NCBI GenBank assembly: GCA_963792585.1
Contig: CAWBWI010000005.1
Location: forward strand, 128,001 to 192,000
Direction of reading: 5' to 3'
DNA length: 64,000 nucleotides
From: Candidatus Eiseniibacteriota bacterium
GTDB lineage: Bacteria > Eisenbacteria > RBG-16-71-46 > CAIMUX01 > VGJL01
Positions 40,792 through 51,135 of the stretch are shown here, one piece after another. How positions within the stretch are numbered: position 1 is the stretch's first letter; every line of letters starts with the position of its first letter. Under the pieces are notes generated by a model. It was not told the DNA's origin. It saw nothing but the letters and a program-made list of their open reading frames with translations, and ran no database searches. The position numbers were made by a program, and so were the translations under genes.

Positions 40792-42807
40792 TTGCCGACA
40801 GACGGTCCGCTAGGCGCATCGCCTAAAGGACGCACGCCCCCGGTCGAGAAACCGCCGATTCGGACCCGGGTTCGCCGCTTCCTCATCGGCAATCCTCGCG
40901 ATCTCGCGGACCGTTCGATGTTTCATCGGCTGGCCCTCGTCCCCTTCCTGGCGTGGGTCGGACTTGGGGCGGACGGACTGTCGTCATCTTCGTACGGACC
41001 GGAAGAAGCATTCCGGACCCTCGGACAGCACACCTACCTGGCCGTCATCCTCGTGGGCGCGATCGCGGCGACGATCTTCATCATCTCGATGGCCTACAGC
41101 CGGATCATCGAGGCCTTCCCCCACGGTGGTGGCGGGTATGTCGTGGCCACGAAGCTACTGGGAGAGCGGGTCGGCGTCGTCTCCGGGTCCGCGTTGCTGG
41201 TCGACTACATCCTGACGATCACCGTCTCGATCGCAGCGTCCGGAGATGCGCTCTTCAGCTTCCTCCCCTTCGCATGGCAGGCTTGGAAGTTCCCCGCGGA
41301 GATCTTTCTCATCATCGGTCTCACGACCCTCAACATCCGCGGCGTCCGAGAGTCGGTCATCTCCATGCTGCCAGTCTTCATCCTCTTCCTGATCACACAC
41401 CTCGTGCTCATCGTGGGCGGCGTCATCCTGCACGCGCCCCAGGTCGCCGCGACGGCGACCACCATCGGGAGCGGGTTCCACTCGGGCCTATCGACCCTGG
41501 GAATCGGCGGAATGCTCTTCCTGCTGATCCACGCCTATTCGCTCGGAGGAGGTACTTACACCGGTTTGGAGGCGGTCTCCAACGGCCTGCCCATCATGCG
41601 CGAGCCTCGAGTCCACACGGGAAAGCGAACGATGACCTACATGGCGACATCGCTCGCCTTCACGGCCGCCGGCCTCTTGCTCCTCTACCTGCTCTGGGAC
41701 ATCCGCCACGTGGACGGCAAGACGTTCAATGCGGTCCTTGTGGAACGCTTCGCCGCGGGCATGCCGTTCGGATCGACATTCATCATCCTGACCCTGGTCT
41801 CGGAAGGAGCTCTCCTGATCGTCGGAGCGCAGGCCGGTTTCATCGACGGCCCGCGGGTGCTCGGGAACATGGCGGTCGACTCCTGGATGCCGCATCGATT
41901 CGCGGCGCTGTCCGAACGGCTGACCACTCAGAACGGGATCATGATGATGGGTGGGGCGTCGCTCGCCGCCCTCCTCTACACGAGGGGAGACGTACGCCAT
42001 CTCGTGGTCATGTACAGCATCAACGTCTTCCTGACCTTTTCGATCTCGATGTTCGGAATGGCCCGGCACATCCTTCAGACGAGGAAGGAACGCCCCCACT
42101 GGAGAAAGCGGCTCCTCTTGTTCGTGACGGGGTTCGCGCTCTGCGCGATGATCCTCTGCATGACGATCTTCATGAAGTTCCGCGAAGGTGGCTGGCTGAC
42201 CCTGTTCGTCACGACCTTCTTCGTTGTGTTCTGCTTCCGGATCCGCCGCCATTACCGCCGCGTCGGCGAGAAGCTGCAGCAGCTGTATGCGGAACTTGGA
42301 GAACTGCCCTCCACCCACGATGATACCAAGGAACTCAAGCCCGACCCGACGAAGCCGACGGCCGTCGTCCTGGTCGGCAGCTACGGCGGACTCGGAATTC
42401 ACACTGTGCTCAACATCTTCCGCTCCTTCCCTGGACACTTCCGCAACCTCGTCTTCGTCTCCGTCGGCGTCGTCGATTCGGGTGAGTTCAAGGGGGAGGA
42501 CGCGATCGAAGGTTTGGAGAAGCGGACGGAGGAGATGCTTCGCAAGTACGTCGACCTGGCGCGCGCCCTGCAGATCCCAGCCACCTCCCGCTATTCGATC
42601 GGAACCGACGCCGTAGACCAGGCCGAGAAGCTTTGCCTGGGTGTGTTGAAGGAGTTCCCCCACTCGACCTACTTCGCCGGAAAGATCATCTTCCGCAGGG
42701 AGAGTTGGTACCAGCCGATCCTCCACAACGAGACCGCCTATGCCGTCGCCAAGAGGCTGCAGTGGGCCGGGAGAACGATGGTCATCCTCCCCGCGCGCGT
42801 CCGCTAG
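40792..42807 (+). CDS. kimA: APC-superfamily potassium transporter, KimA/YdaO-like
   Basis: ADGLSSSSYGPEEAF, FPHGGGGYVVA, LLVDYILT, TGLEAVSNG; many TM helices plus a cytoplasmic tail; RBS AGGAGG before a TTG start. Confidence 0.8.
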   Translation: MPTDGPLGASPKGRTPPVEKPPIRTRVRRFLIGNPRDLADRSMFHRLALVPFLAWVGLGADGLSSSSYGPEEAFRTLGQHTYLAVILVGAIAATIFIISMAYSRIIEAFPHGGGGYVVATKLLGERVGVVSGSALLVDYILTITVSIAASGDALFSFLPFAWQAWKFPAEIFLIIGLTTLNIRGVRESVISMLPVFILFLITHLVLIVGGVILHAPQVAATATTIGSGFHSGLSTLGIGGMLFLLIHAYSLGGGTYTGLEAVSNGLPIMREPRVHTGKRTMTYMATSLAFTAAGLLLLYLLWDIRHVDGKTFNAVLVERFAAGMPFGSTFIILTLVSEGALLIVGAQAGFIDGPRVLGNMAVDSWMPHRFAALSERLTTQNGIMMMGGASLAALLYTRGDVRHLVVMYSINVFLTFSISMFGMARHILQTRKERPHWRKRLLLFVTGFALCAMILCMTIFMKFREGGWLTLFVTTFFVVFCFRIRRHYRRVGEKLQQLYAELGELPSTHDDTKELKPDPTKPTAVVLVGSYGGLGIHTVLNIFRSFPGHFRNLVFVSVGVVDSGEFKGEDAIEGLEKRTEEMLRKYVDLARALQIPATSRYSIGTDAVDQAEKLCLGVLKEFPHSTYFAGKIIFRRESWYQPILHNETAYAVAKRLQWAGRTMVILPARVR

Positions 42808-42889
42808 GTAGCGGGAACGGTGTCTCATCCAGACCTCCGCTAGGTACCCGGGAAACATCCAACCAAACCCCTGATTCGGAGGATCCGCG

Positions 42890-44700
42890 TGAGAATCCTG
42901 AGCGCACTGGTCGCGGTACTCTCCTGGGTTCGTCCCCGCCAGTCGCATCCGACGCGCTCGCCCGCGGTCCGGCGCGACCCGCGGACAAGAGCCTCGTGAT
43001 GATTGATGCGAATCAGCTGACGATGTGTGTCACCAATCGCGGTGGGTTTCAGCACAGGGATGTGGAAGGCCACGAAGGTCACCGCGGGGCTCTTCTTCCC
43101 ACACGGGTAGGACCAGACGGTCGTCTATGCGGCGGGCCTCTGGATGGGCGCGAAGGTTGCCGGTGACACCCGCGTGGCCGTCGCTGACTACTCCATGGAA
43201 TACGGCCCCGGCCGAATCTACCCGGACGGGCACTGGGACTCCCCTCGGATCACGCGTATACGGGTGCTGCAAGATCGTTCCATTGCAACGGAGGACCAGG
43301 ACTACATCCAGTGGCCCGTGAACGACGGCGCGCCGGCCGGTCTTGACGGGAAGCCCCTCTGCGTCGGCGACCAGACGCTCTGGTCCGTCTACGACGACGC
43401 CGGACGCGGCGAATCGCACGAGCGACTCAGGGGGCTCTGCGCCCCTCATGGTCGAAGTCCGGCAGACGACCTTCGCGTTCGATCGCACCTGGCCTCTGGG
43501 AAACGTCGTCTTCCTGAAGTACCGGATCTACAACCGCGGAGCGGTATCGCTGGACAGCGCGTATGTCGCTCGCTGGCGCGACCCGGACGTGGGTGGCCCG
43601 GACGATGATCTGGTCGCCTGTGATTCGACCTGCGGATGGGTTACGGATACAACGCCACGAACAACGACGCATCGTACGGTACGCGTCCGCCGGCCGTGGC
43701 GATCGCCCTGCTCCAAGGTCCCCTCGTTCCCTCGCCCGGCGGCGCCGGCCACGCGTTCGGGCGGGAATGGCCTGGTTGGGTGAACAGATCGATGACCTCC
43801 TTCTCCCGCTTCCGAAAGGACGAGGACCCGGTCGGCCGATCGGCCACCTACAACTGTCTGCAAGGACTCGCGTTCGACGGAAGCCCTGTCGTGAACCCGG
43901 TGACGGGGAAGGCCACCCGCTTCGCGGTCCCTGGAAGTCCGGTAGAGGGAACCGGCTGGCGCGATGCGGATCCGGGAGATCGGCGCATGCTCGTGAGTGC
44001 GGGCCCGTTCACGAAGGTCAGGGCGACTGCAGGAGGTGATCCTCGCGGTCATCGTGGCGCAAGGAAGCAACCGGCTCAACAGCCTGTCCCTGGCACGCGA
44101 GGCGCGGGATCCGGCGGAAGCCGTGGTGCCGATCGCACTGGCATCGCTCTCGGCCGAGCGCACGGATGAAGGCGTCGTGATCCGGTGGGAAGTACCCCTG
44201 GATGCCCGCGCCGCGGCGTTCGACGTCTACCGGGGAGATCCCACGGAGCCGAGCCAACGGGTTCGGCTGACCGCGGATCCGCTGCGCGACTGCACCCCTT
44301 GTTCCTGTATCGATCCGCGGCCGCCATTGGAAGAGACCCTCTACTGGCTATGGAACCTCGACGCCGGCCCGGGCGATGCCTGGCTCGGACCCGCCGTGCT
44401 CCCGCCCGCGGAGTCAGGGTCGGAGCGGCTGACGCTTGCGATCGACGGAGCCATGCCGCTTCCGGGGGCGATCCGCCTCCGGTACGAGTTACGCCGAGAT
44501 GAGCAGGCAAAGCTGAGCGTGCATGATGTGCAGGGCCGGATGGTGCGAACTCTGCTGGATCGGGTCGAGCAGGGGGGCCGGCATACGATTGCATGGGACG
44601 GTCTCGACGAGGCCGGCAGGACAGCGCCTGCGGGATTCTACATCGCCCGGCTCACTGCAGGGACTTCGGTCCGGGCCTGCAAGCTTCTTCGCGCGCTCTC
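42890..44700 (+). pseudogene. Disrupted secreted protein with FlgD-like C-terminal domain
   Basis: Fragments IDANQLTMCVTN / VVYAAGLWMGAKV / GDQTLWSVY / VEVRQTTFAF...DPDVGGPDDDLVACD / DRRMLVSAGPF / HDVQGRMVRTL...WDG occupy several frames. There is an in-frame TAG at 43108-43110 and no stop right after the CTD. Boundaries are approximate. Confidence 0.65.
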
Positions 44701-45475
44701 AGTACTTCAGCTGCGACCCGAACATGCTGTGCGGGATCGCGAAGACGATCAAGGTGATCACCGCCGCCGCGATCACCACCCCGCGACTGCCGCGCATGCG
44801 GGTGACGAAGAGCAATGCGATCAACCAGGCGATGAAGGCGATCAACGTCTTGTTGTCGGTCAGATCCCAACCAAACGGCACCCCGGTCCAGAAGGCCCCG
44901 AAGGCGTACTTCTGGACGATCGGCCCGAGGACCATTCCACCCAGTCCGAGGAGGATCAGGGTCGTTCTCGTGTATCCGACCAGACGCCGCTTCTTTCTCA
45001 ATGCCTCGAGGCCGGACCGGTTGGCATAGAGCATCCCGAAGAACATGAGGAAGATGTGGGGCCCCAGAATCCAGGCGGGCACGGCCCCCTTGAAGCGCGT
45101 GATGATGTTTCCTCGGCGGGGAATGTTCACTTCCTGATCGGAATCGGTCAGCCGGATCTTGTACTCGACCTTCCCCGCGGGTGGCTGGTGCGGGAGCGCC
45201 CCTACGAGATTCTCCCCATCGCGCTGCATTTCTTCGGTGACGAATGGATCCGAGGTCGGGTAACGCCTCCACGAGATGCTACCGGTCACGGCAGGATCGG
45301 GCACACGGATGACGACCCGCTGGTCGCCCTTTCCGCCGTGAGAGCGATCCAGCCGGTACTTGATCCTCTCCCCTCCGATTTCGACCCGACCGCGGACGGG
45401 ATATGTCGGACCGGTCGTTCGCTGGTAATAGGCGGCCGCCAGCGTGATCAGAACGGCGAGGACCCACAGACGCAT
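44699..45475 (-). CDS. Conserved hypothetical membrane protein
   Basis: YQRTTGPTYP, LPHQPPAGK, QKYAFGAFWTGVPFGWDLTDNKTL, IPHSMFGS; several TM helices. Confidence 0.8.
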   Translation of the reverse strand: MRLWVLAVLITLAAAYYQRTTGPTYPVRGRVEIGGERIKYRLDRSHGGKGDQRVVIRVPDPAVTGSISWRRYPTSDPFVTEEMQRDGENLVGALPHQPPAGKVEYKIRLTDSDQEVNIPRRGNIITRFKGAVPAWILGPHIFLMFFGMLYANRSGLEALRKKRRLVGYTRTTLILLGLGGMVLGPIVQKYAFGAFWTGVPFGWDLTDNKTLIAFIAWLIALLFVTRMRGSRGVVIAAAVITLIVFAIPHSMFGSQLKY

Positions 45476-45881
45476 CGCATACCTCTCGGATGGTTCCGGC
45501 GGGTGCGGCCGCCGTTCGCTCAACCTGCGCAAGACCAAACCGGGCGGATCATCGCACGGCGCGGGCGGCCCGCGCCACAACGGACACGACCCCGGAAACG
45601 CCGCTCCGGAACGCGCGATGATCGGTGGCAGGAAGAAGACGGAAAGGAGGCGGCCGGCCCCTTCCAGCGACCGCAAGATCCACCCACCCCGAGACGGCCG
45701 CCCGGCCGGCCCCGGCCGGCCCTGGCCGGCATCGCGTCGAAATCAAACACCCGGCCGGCCGGGTCGGCTCAATGGAGTTCTTGGGGGGCGGCACGGTGCG
45801 CGGTCGGCTGCATGCGCCGGCAGCCGCTGCCGCTCGAGACGAGTACCGACTCCCCTTGTCGCGGCTCGTTCATCTGCTCTG

Positions 45882-46409
45882 CTACGCCCCGACCACATCA
45901 TCGTGAAGAATGGCATAGATCTCTACGTCGTGATGCTTCCCCTTGTTGTACCACGCGCCTCGCGCCGTGCCCTCGTGCCGAAAGCGGCACTTCTCTGCCA
46001 GACGACGCGATGCCGCATTATCAGGGTGAATGACTAGCCGAATCCGATTGAACGTCTTCGTCTCGAACAGATAGCGCACCATCAGATTGACCGCCTCCGT
46101 CATCGCCCCCTGACCACGATGCCCCGGTCCGTAGAGAATGTAGGAGAGTTCGTATTCGTCCAGGTAGTTGACCGTCTTGAAGAATTCGATGTGCCCGATG
46201 ATCTCATCGGAGCTGTTGACGATGACGAGCAAGCCATCCTCTTTGCCCCAGAAGCCTGTATCATGAAACTGCTTCTTGAAGGAGGGCTGCGAGAGAACGC
46301 CGCGCGGGAAGAACTCGCCTCGATTGGCAATGTCGAGATGAAATGCGTAGAGCGGCTCCAGGTCGGCTTCGCGCACCGGGCGCAGGGTGATGGATGTGCC
46401 TTTGAGCAT
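45882..46409 (-). CDS. GNAT acetyltransferase, RimJ/RimL family
   Basis: ELSYILY, RGQGAMTEAV, NAASRRLAEKCRFRHEG. Confidence 0.9.
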   Translation of the reverse strand: MLKGTSITLRPVREADLEPLYAFHLDIANRGEFFPRGVLSQPSFKKQFHDTGFWGKEDGLLVIVNSSDEIIGHIEFFKTVNYLDEYELSYILYGPGHRGQGAMTEAVNLMVRYLFETKTFNRIRLVIHPDNAASRRLAEKCRFRHEGTARGAWYNKGKHHDVEIYAILHDDVVGA

Positions 46410-46448
46410 GCTTTCTCCCTTTGGTTCATCATCGGCCGGCCGCGCTAC

Positions 46449-47252
46449 CTACCGGAAGATCTCCGCGAAGAAGTCGGTCATCGCCGTCCAGGATCGACGA
46501 TCGGCCGATTCGTTGTACGCCGCGCCCTTGGACGGGTCGTTCCCCGAGTCGGGACGCGAGAAGCTATGGACGGCACCCCCGTATGCGATGAACTGCCAGT
46601 CGACGCCCGCCTCGCGCATCTCCTTCATGAAGGCCGCGACCTGCTCGGCCGGGACGTAGGGATCGTCGCCGCCGTGGCAGACGAGGACCTTTCCCCGGAT
46701 CTGCTTGGCGTCCGCAGGGTTCGGCGTGTCGAGATTCCCGTGGAAGGAAACGACCCCCGCGAGGGGCGCACCACTGCGGGCCAGCTCGAGCGCGGAGCCC
46801 CCCCCAAAGCAGTATCCGATGACGGCGATCTTGCTCGTGTCGACACGATCCATCCCGCGCAGCACTTCGAGACCCGCGTTCGCGCGGGCGCGCATCAGCT
46901 TACGATCGGCCCGGTAGATCCCCGCCTGCTTTCCGCACTCCTCCGGCGTCGTCGGCCGGACGCCCTTGCCGTAGATGTCCGCAGCGAAGGCCACGTACCC
47001 CATCTCCGCGAGCGTCTCCGCGCGCATCTTCACGTAGGGCCCGACCCCGGTCCAATCGTGAACGACCAGAACCGCCGGACGCTTCGCCGACCCGGCATCA
47101 ACCGGGTAGGCCAGGTAACCCTCGAGAACCGCATCCCCCTGCGTGTACTCGATCGTCTCGGTCTTGATCATCGCGTGCGCCCCTCCCGCGGCGAACGAAC
47201 AGAGGGCAACGACCATCATCGAAGCAATCCAGATCGTCTTCATCGATTCCAC
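46449..47252 (-). CDS. Dienelactone hydrolase family protein (secreted)
   Basis: Signal peptide; GYCFGG nucleophile, CHGGDD, AVHSF. Confidence 0.92.
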   Translation of the reverse strand: MESMKTIWIASMMVVALCSFAAGGAHAMIKTETIEYTQGDAVLEGYLAYPVDAGSAKRPAVLVVHDWTGVGPYVKMRAETLAEMGYVAFAADIYGKGVRPTTPEECGKQAGIYRADRKLMRARANAGLEVLRGMDRVDTSKIAVIGYCFGGGSALELARSGAPLAGVVSFHGNLDTPNPADAKQIRGKVLVCHGGDDPYVPAEQVAAFMKEMREAGVDWQFIAYGGAVHSFSRPDSGNDPSKGAAYNESADRRSWTAMTDFFAEIFR

Positions 47253-47380
47253 TCCTCAAACGCCGAGGACGGCGCTCAGCCCGGACCATTGGCGAAACAG
47301 GAGAGAATAGCACGCCGCGGCAGCCTCGGCCTCGCGTGCGGCGCCGGAGATTCGGACACGAGCCGCCGGTCGGGCGCGCC

Positions 47381-49678
47381 TCAGACGAGCCAGGCGTAGC
47401 CGAGCTTCATGAAGATCGTGCGATCCTCCGGCCGTAGCCCCCTCACGCGGGATCCAGCGTGATTCCCGGAGTAGCCGAGGTAGACGACGGTTTGAGGATT
47501 GACCTTGTACGAAAGCAGGAGTTGCCCGAAGAGGGCGCGGGACCTCGGCTGCAGGTCCATGGCGGGGTCGTAGAGCCTCGTGTTCAGCATCAAGTCCTCG
47601 TACTGAACGATCGCGCGCGCGTAGGTGCGGACGTTGAACTGATAGACGAATCGCGAGTCGATCAGATTGATTTCGTAGAGCGTCTCGTCCGCTTCGGTGA
47701 GTCGCTGGTAGGTGTGATCGATGGTCATGCTCAGATGGTGCCCCAGGTTCCACTGGAAGCCGGGGCCGCCGCTCAGGTCCCGAGCCGGTCGGGCGTTCGC
47801 GTAGTCGATCGCCTTCCCCGTCCAGACGGTGAACCATCCCTTGAACGCGCCGACCGGTTGTCCCTCTATGTGGAAGCGGCCCGTCGTCACATCGTAGAGA
47901 CGGCCGAGGTATCGCTCCCGCGCGATGGTGAACTGCGCGTCCGATTCCGATTGCATCGGCCCTTGATAGCTGCCGCTGATCTCGATGCCGGAGTCGGTGA
48001 GTACCCCTCCCATGTCGGTGGTCCTCTGAGCTTCAACGCCGTAGTTGAGGCGGGTGAACCACGATTCCTTCGCGCCATAGATGTGGCGCTGCGCGCCCAC
48101 CTCGTAGTGCCGGACGTCGACCCGCGGGACGAAGCCCGCGTCGGCCCGGAAGTTCTGATCCAGGTTCTCGCCGTAAAACCAGCCGCTCCAGCCGCGCCTG
48201 TCGTGAGAATAGAGCAGGCTGCCTCCGAATCCGCCGAACGCGCGCGCCGGCTGGCCATATGCGGCAGCCGTCTCTTTCGGATAATGGGTCGCGGAGCCCA
48301 CGGCCTGGTAACGGATGAGATCTCCCTTTCCGATTCGGATGTGGCCGTCGAAGCCATACACGCGGTTGGAGTAGGAATCGCCTTCCCGGTCGGTGGCCAG
48401 CACCCCGATCGCCGATGCGCTCCCCACGTCCCGGCGGTAGCGGAGGACCCCGCTCGTCACCTTCCGGTCGAGGGCCGTCCCGTCGGATGAGAGATTCGAT
48501 GGGAAGATCAGGTTGGGGTGATCGTCGCGCGTCACGAAGAGACCCACTGCAGACCCCGCGAGCTTGCCGGTCACCTTGCCGCCCCACGAGGGATCGACGA
48601 CCGTTCGGGTGTAGACCGTTTGCAGCGGGGTTGCGAAGAAGTCCGAGCCCTCGAGGAAGAGGGGACGCTTTTCCGCATACTGCAGGGCGAAACGATTGTT
48701 GACCTCGAGCTGCACGGCGTCCGCTTCGACCTGGGAGAAGTCGGGATTGACGGCCGCGTTGAGGCTCAGGTTCGGCGTGACGCCCCAGCGGGCCGAGAGT
48801 CCCGCATCAGCCTTCTGATCTTCCTTCCGGAGGTGGCCGGACGATCCGACCGCGTCGGTTCGGTGGCCCGTCACCGTTGGATCGAATTCGAGGTTCCTCC
48901 CGGGCGTGATCCCCTCGAAACCGACGATCTTGCCCGCCTGCCGGAAGAAACCGCTCACGTCCCGATCGAAGATCACGGAGCTGAGCTGGTAGCGGACGCT
49001 CCGGGGGCGGGCGCGAAAAGCGACCAAGCCCCAAACCTGGGGACCGTCGGTGCGCGGGAAACGGAGCGCCGTGAAGGGAATCGCGATCTCGACCTCGTAG
49101 CCGTCGGCGGTGATCCGCCCCGCCGTGTTCCAGATCGCGTCCCAGGTGGAATCCTCGGGATCGTCCTCCGCCATATCGTTGCGGGCGAGGTCCATCTGCA
49201 CACCGAATGGATTGACGAAGAACTCGAAACCGCGGCGCTCATCGTTGAACGGGTCGATCATCAGGCCGACGAAGTCGTCCCGGAACGCGGCATCGCGATC
49301 GCTCAGGTGGGCGCGGATCTCGTCGGGCCTGGGGTCGCGAGCCCGGAATGCCGCATAGAAGTTCTGTTCATCGAAGGTGAGGAGGCACTCGGTCGCGACG
49401 GGCGCCGGGACGTTGTCTCCCGGCTCGATTTCATACGGCAGGTCGATGACGAGGGCCCGACTCCATGCGGCATCGTCGAGCAGGCCGTCTACGTGGACGG
49501 ACGACGTTGCGCGCGGCACCGGCCGCGGCGTTCTCTCCGAGGCAATCCGGCCGGCCGAGACGGCTCGAGGCTCATCGGCCCCGGCGCGCGCCGTCGGCAG
49601 CCCCCCCGCGAGCGCGAAGAAGCACGCAAGACACCAGAGGACTCGAAGAGCTGAGAGTGAACGATTCCCGCGGCGCAT
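47381..49678 (-). CDS. CBM9-like + DUF5916 outer membrane protein
   Basis: VDGLLDDAAW, FFVNPFGVQMD, VEIAIPFTALRF, NPDFSQVEAD, EKRPLFLEG; C-terminal KLGYAW. Confidence 0.85.
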   Translation of the reverse strand: MRRGNRSLSALRVLWCLACFFALAGGLPTARAGADEPRAVSAGRIASERTPRPVPRATSSVHVDGLLDDAAWSRALVIDLPYEIEPGDNVPAPVATECLLTFDEQNFYAAFRARDPRPDEIRAHLSDRDAAFRDDFVGLMIDPFNDERRGFEFFVNPFGVQMDLARNDMAEDDPEDSTWDAIWNTAGRITADGYEVEIAIPFTALRFPRTDGPQVWGLVAFRARPRSVRYQLSSVIFDRDVSGFFRQAGKIVGFEGITPGRNLEFDPTVTGHRTDAVGSSGHLRKEDQKADAGLSARWGVTPNLSLNAAVNPDFSQVEADAVQLEVNNRFALQYAEKRPLFLEGSDFFATPLQTVYTRTVVDPSWGGKVTGKLAGSAVGLFVTRDDHPNLIFPSNLSSDGTALDRKVTSGVLRYRRDVGSASAIGVLATDREGDSYSNRVYGFDGHIRIGKGDLIRYQAVGSATHYPKETAAAYGQPARAFGGFGGSLLYSHDRRGWSGWFYGENLDQNFRADAGFVPRVDVRHYEVGAQRHIYGAKESWFTRLNYGVEAQRTTDMGGVLTDSGIEISGSYQGPMQSESDAQFTIARERYLGRLYDVTTGRFHIEGQPVGAFKGWFTVWTGKAIDYANARPARDLSGGPGFQWNLGHHLSMTIDHTYQRLTEADETLYEINLIDSRFVYQFNVRTYARAIVQYEDLMLNTRLYDPAMDLQPRSRALFGQLLLSYKVNPQTVVYLGYSGNHAGSRVRGLRPEDRTIFMKLGYAWLV

Positions 49679-49786
49679 CCCCCCACCTTCCAGACCGATC
49701 GACCGGGCGTCATACGAGTTTCCCGGCTCGAAGGTTTCCACATTCGCGTCGTCACTCACGTCTGTAATCATTTATGCTGCGGCGTA

Positions 49787-51037
49787 TTACAGCTTCTGCA
49801 CCACCACCGCGGTGATGTCGTCCGTCTGCGGCGCGCTTCCGGCGTGCCGGTCGACCGCACCAAAGAGTGCGTCGAGGACATCGGCCACCGGAAGTCCTCG
49901 CGTCGCCCGCAAGACGTCCCGAAACCGGCGCAGGCCGAACGGTCTCCCCAACCGATCCTCACGCTCGATCAATCCGTCGGTGTACATCACGACCCTGTCG
50001 TCCGGCCGGAGGCGGACATGCCCCCGCTCGTAGCGCGCCGCGGGATTCGGACCGAGCACGAGCCCCCCCCGATCGAGCGCCAGAAAGCGGTCTCCCCGCT
50101 GCAGAAACGGCGGGTTGTGGCCGGCATTGCAGTAGATCAAAGTGCCGCTGCGCTCGAACTCTCCATAGAAGAGGGATATGAACTTGCTCGAGAGGGCGGC
50201 GCGGTGGATCACCTCGTTGAGTCGCTCGATCACCCGCACGACCTTCAGCTCCGGACGGATCCCCATCCGCAGTCCGGTGATCACGTCGCGCGCGAGCAGG
50301 GCCGCCGGGAGTCCGTGCCCCGAGGCGTCGGCGATGGTCACGCCGAACATCGAATCCGTGAGGCGAAGGTAGTCGAAGACATCCCCTCCGACGATTTCCG
50401 TGGGGCGCGATCGACCGTCGATCTGGTATCCGTCGAACTGAGGCGGCGCCGCCGGGAGGAGGCTCTCCTGGATCACGCGGGATTCCTCGAGGATCCCGGA
50501 GAACTTCTGCTGTTCGAGTCGGAGATTGACAACGTGCCGGACCGCGCTCAGGGAATAGAGGATGTTCTCCTCACGGACCTCTCCGTTGATCGAGAAGGCG
50601 ATTACGTGGGTGTTCCCCTTACCCACCGCGATGGCGGCGAATGTGGATCCGACCCCGAGGGTCTCCTCGATCGTGTCATCGAAGCCGGGGTCCCCGTGCT
50701 TCATGATCACGAGCCCTTCGTCGAGGGTCCGCTGGTGCGGGGGGTAGCTCCGCGGGACGCGATAGCCGATCGGCGCGCCGCGATTCGACCCGATCCGGAC
50801 GAAAAGGGAAAAGTCCTCCCCGTCCCGCCGGTAGAGACGGCCGTGCTCGAATCCAAGTTCCTCCTGGAACCCCGAGATCAGGCTCTCGAGGATCCCCGAG
50901 AGCATCGTGGACGGATCCTCGGCATGCTCGATCCTGCCGAGGACGGTCTCGAGCTTCCGGTAGAGCGCCTTGAAGTCCGCTCTCTTGGTCTCCAAGGTGG
51001 ACACCGCCTTCGCCTGGGTCATCAGGACACCTTCCAT
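49787..51037 (-). CDS. PP2C/SpoIIE (RsbU-like) phosphatase with N-terminal GAF-like region
   Basis: VGGDVFDY, IADASGHGLPAAL, NAGHNPP, YTDGLIE, DDITAVVV. Confidence 0.9.
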   Translation of the reverse strand: MEGVLMTQAKAVSTLETKRADFKALYRKLETVLGRIEHAEDPSTMLSGILESLISGFQEELGFEHGRLYRRDGEDFSLFVRIGSNRGAPIGYRVPRSYPPHQRTLDEGLVIMKHGDPGFDDTIEETLGVGSTFAAIAVGKGNTHVIAFSINGEVREENILYSLSAVRHVVNLRLEQQKFSGILEESRVIQESLLPAAPPQFDGYQIDGRSRPTEIVGGDVFDYLRLTDSMFGVTIADASGHGLPAALLARDVITGLRMGIRPELKVVRVIERLNEVIHRAALSSKFISLFYGEFERSGTLIYCNAGHNPPFLQRGDRFLALDRGGLVLGPNPAARYERGHVRLRPDDRVVMYTDGLIEREDRLGRPFGLRRFRDVLRATRGLPVADVLDALFGAVDRHAGSAPQTDDITAVVVQKL

Positions 51038-51135
51038 GTCTCCTCCGCGCGGTCGCTCTTTCCAAGACGCAGGGAGACGGCCATCCGTTCAGTGGGAAGA
51101 TACCGGTTCGGGAGGGGGGAAGAAAACCGGGTCCG

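Noticed and set aside
43108..43110. In-frame TAG as possible pyrrolysine
   Set aside because: The gene is also frameshifted several times, is not a methylamine methyltransferase, and no pyl genes are in view.
43997..46033. 678-aa ORF as a single real protein
   Set aside because: Only the first third (FlgD-tail region) is protein-like; the rest is antisense to two real minus-strand genes.
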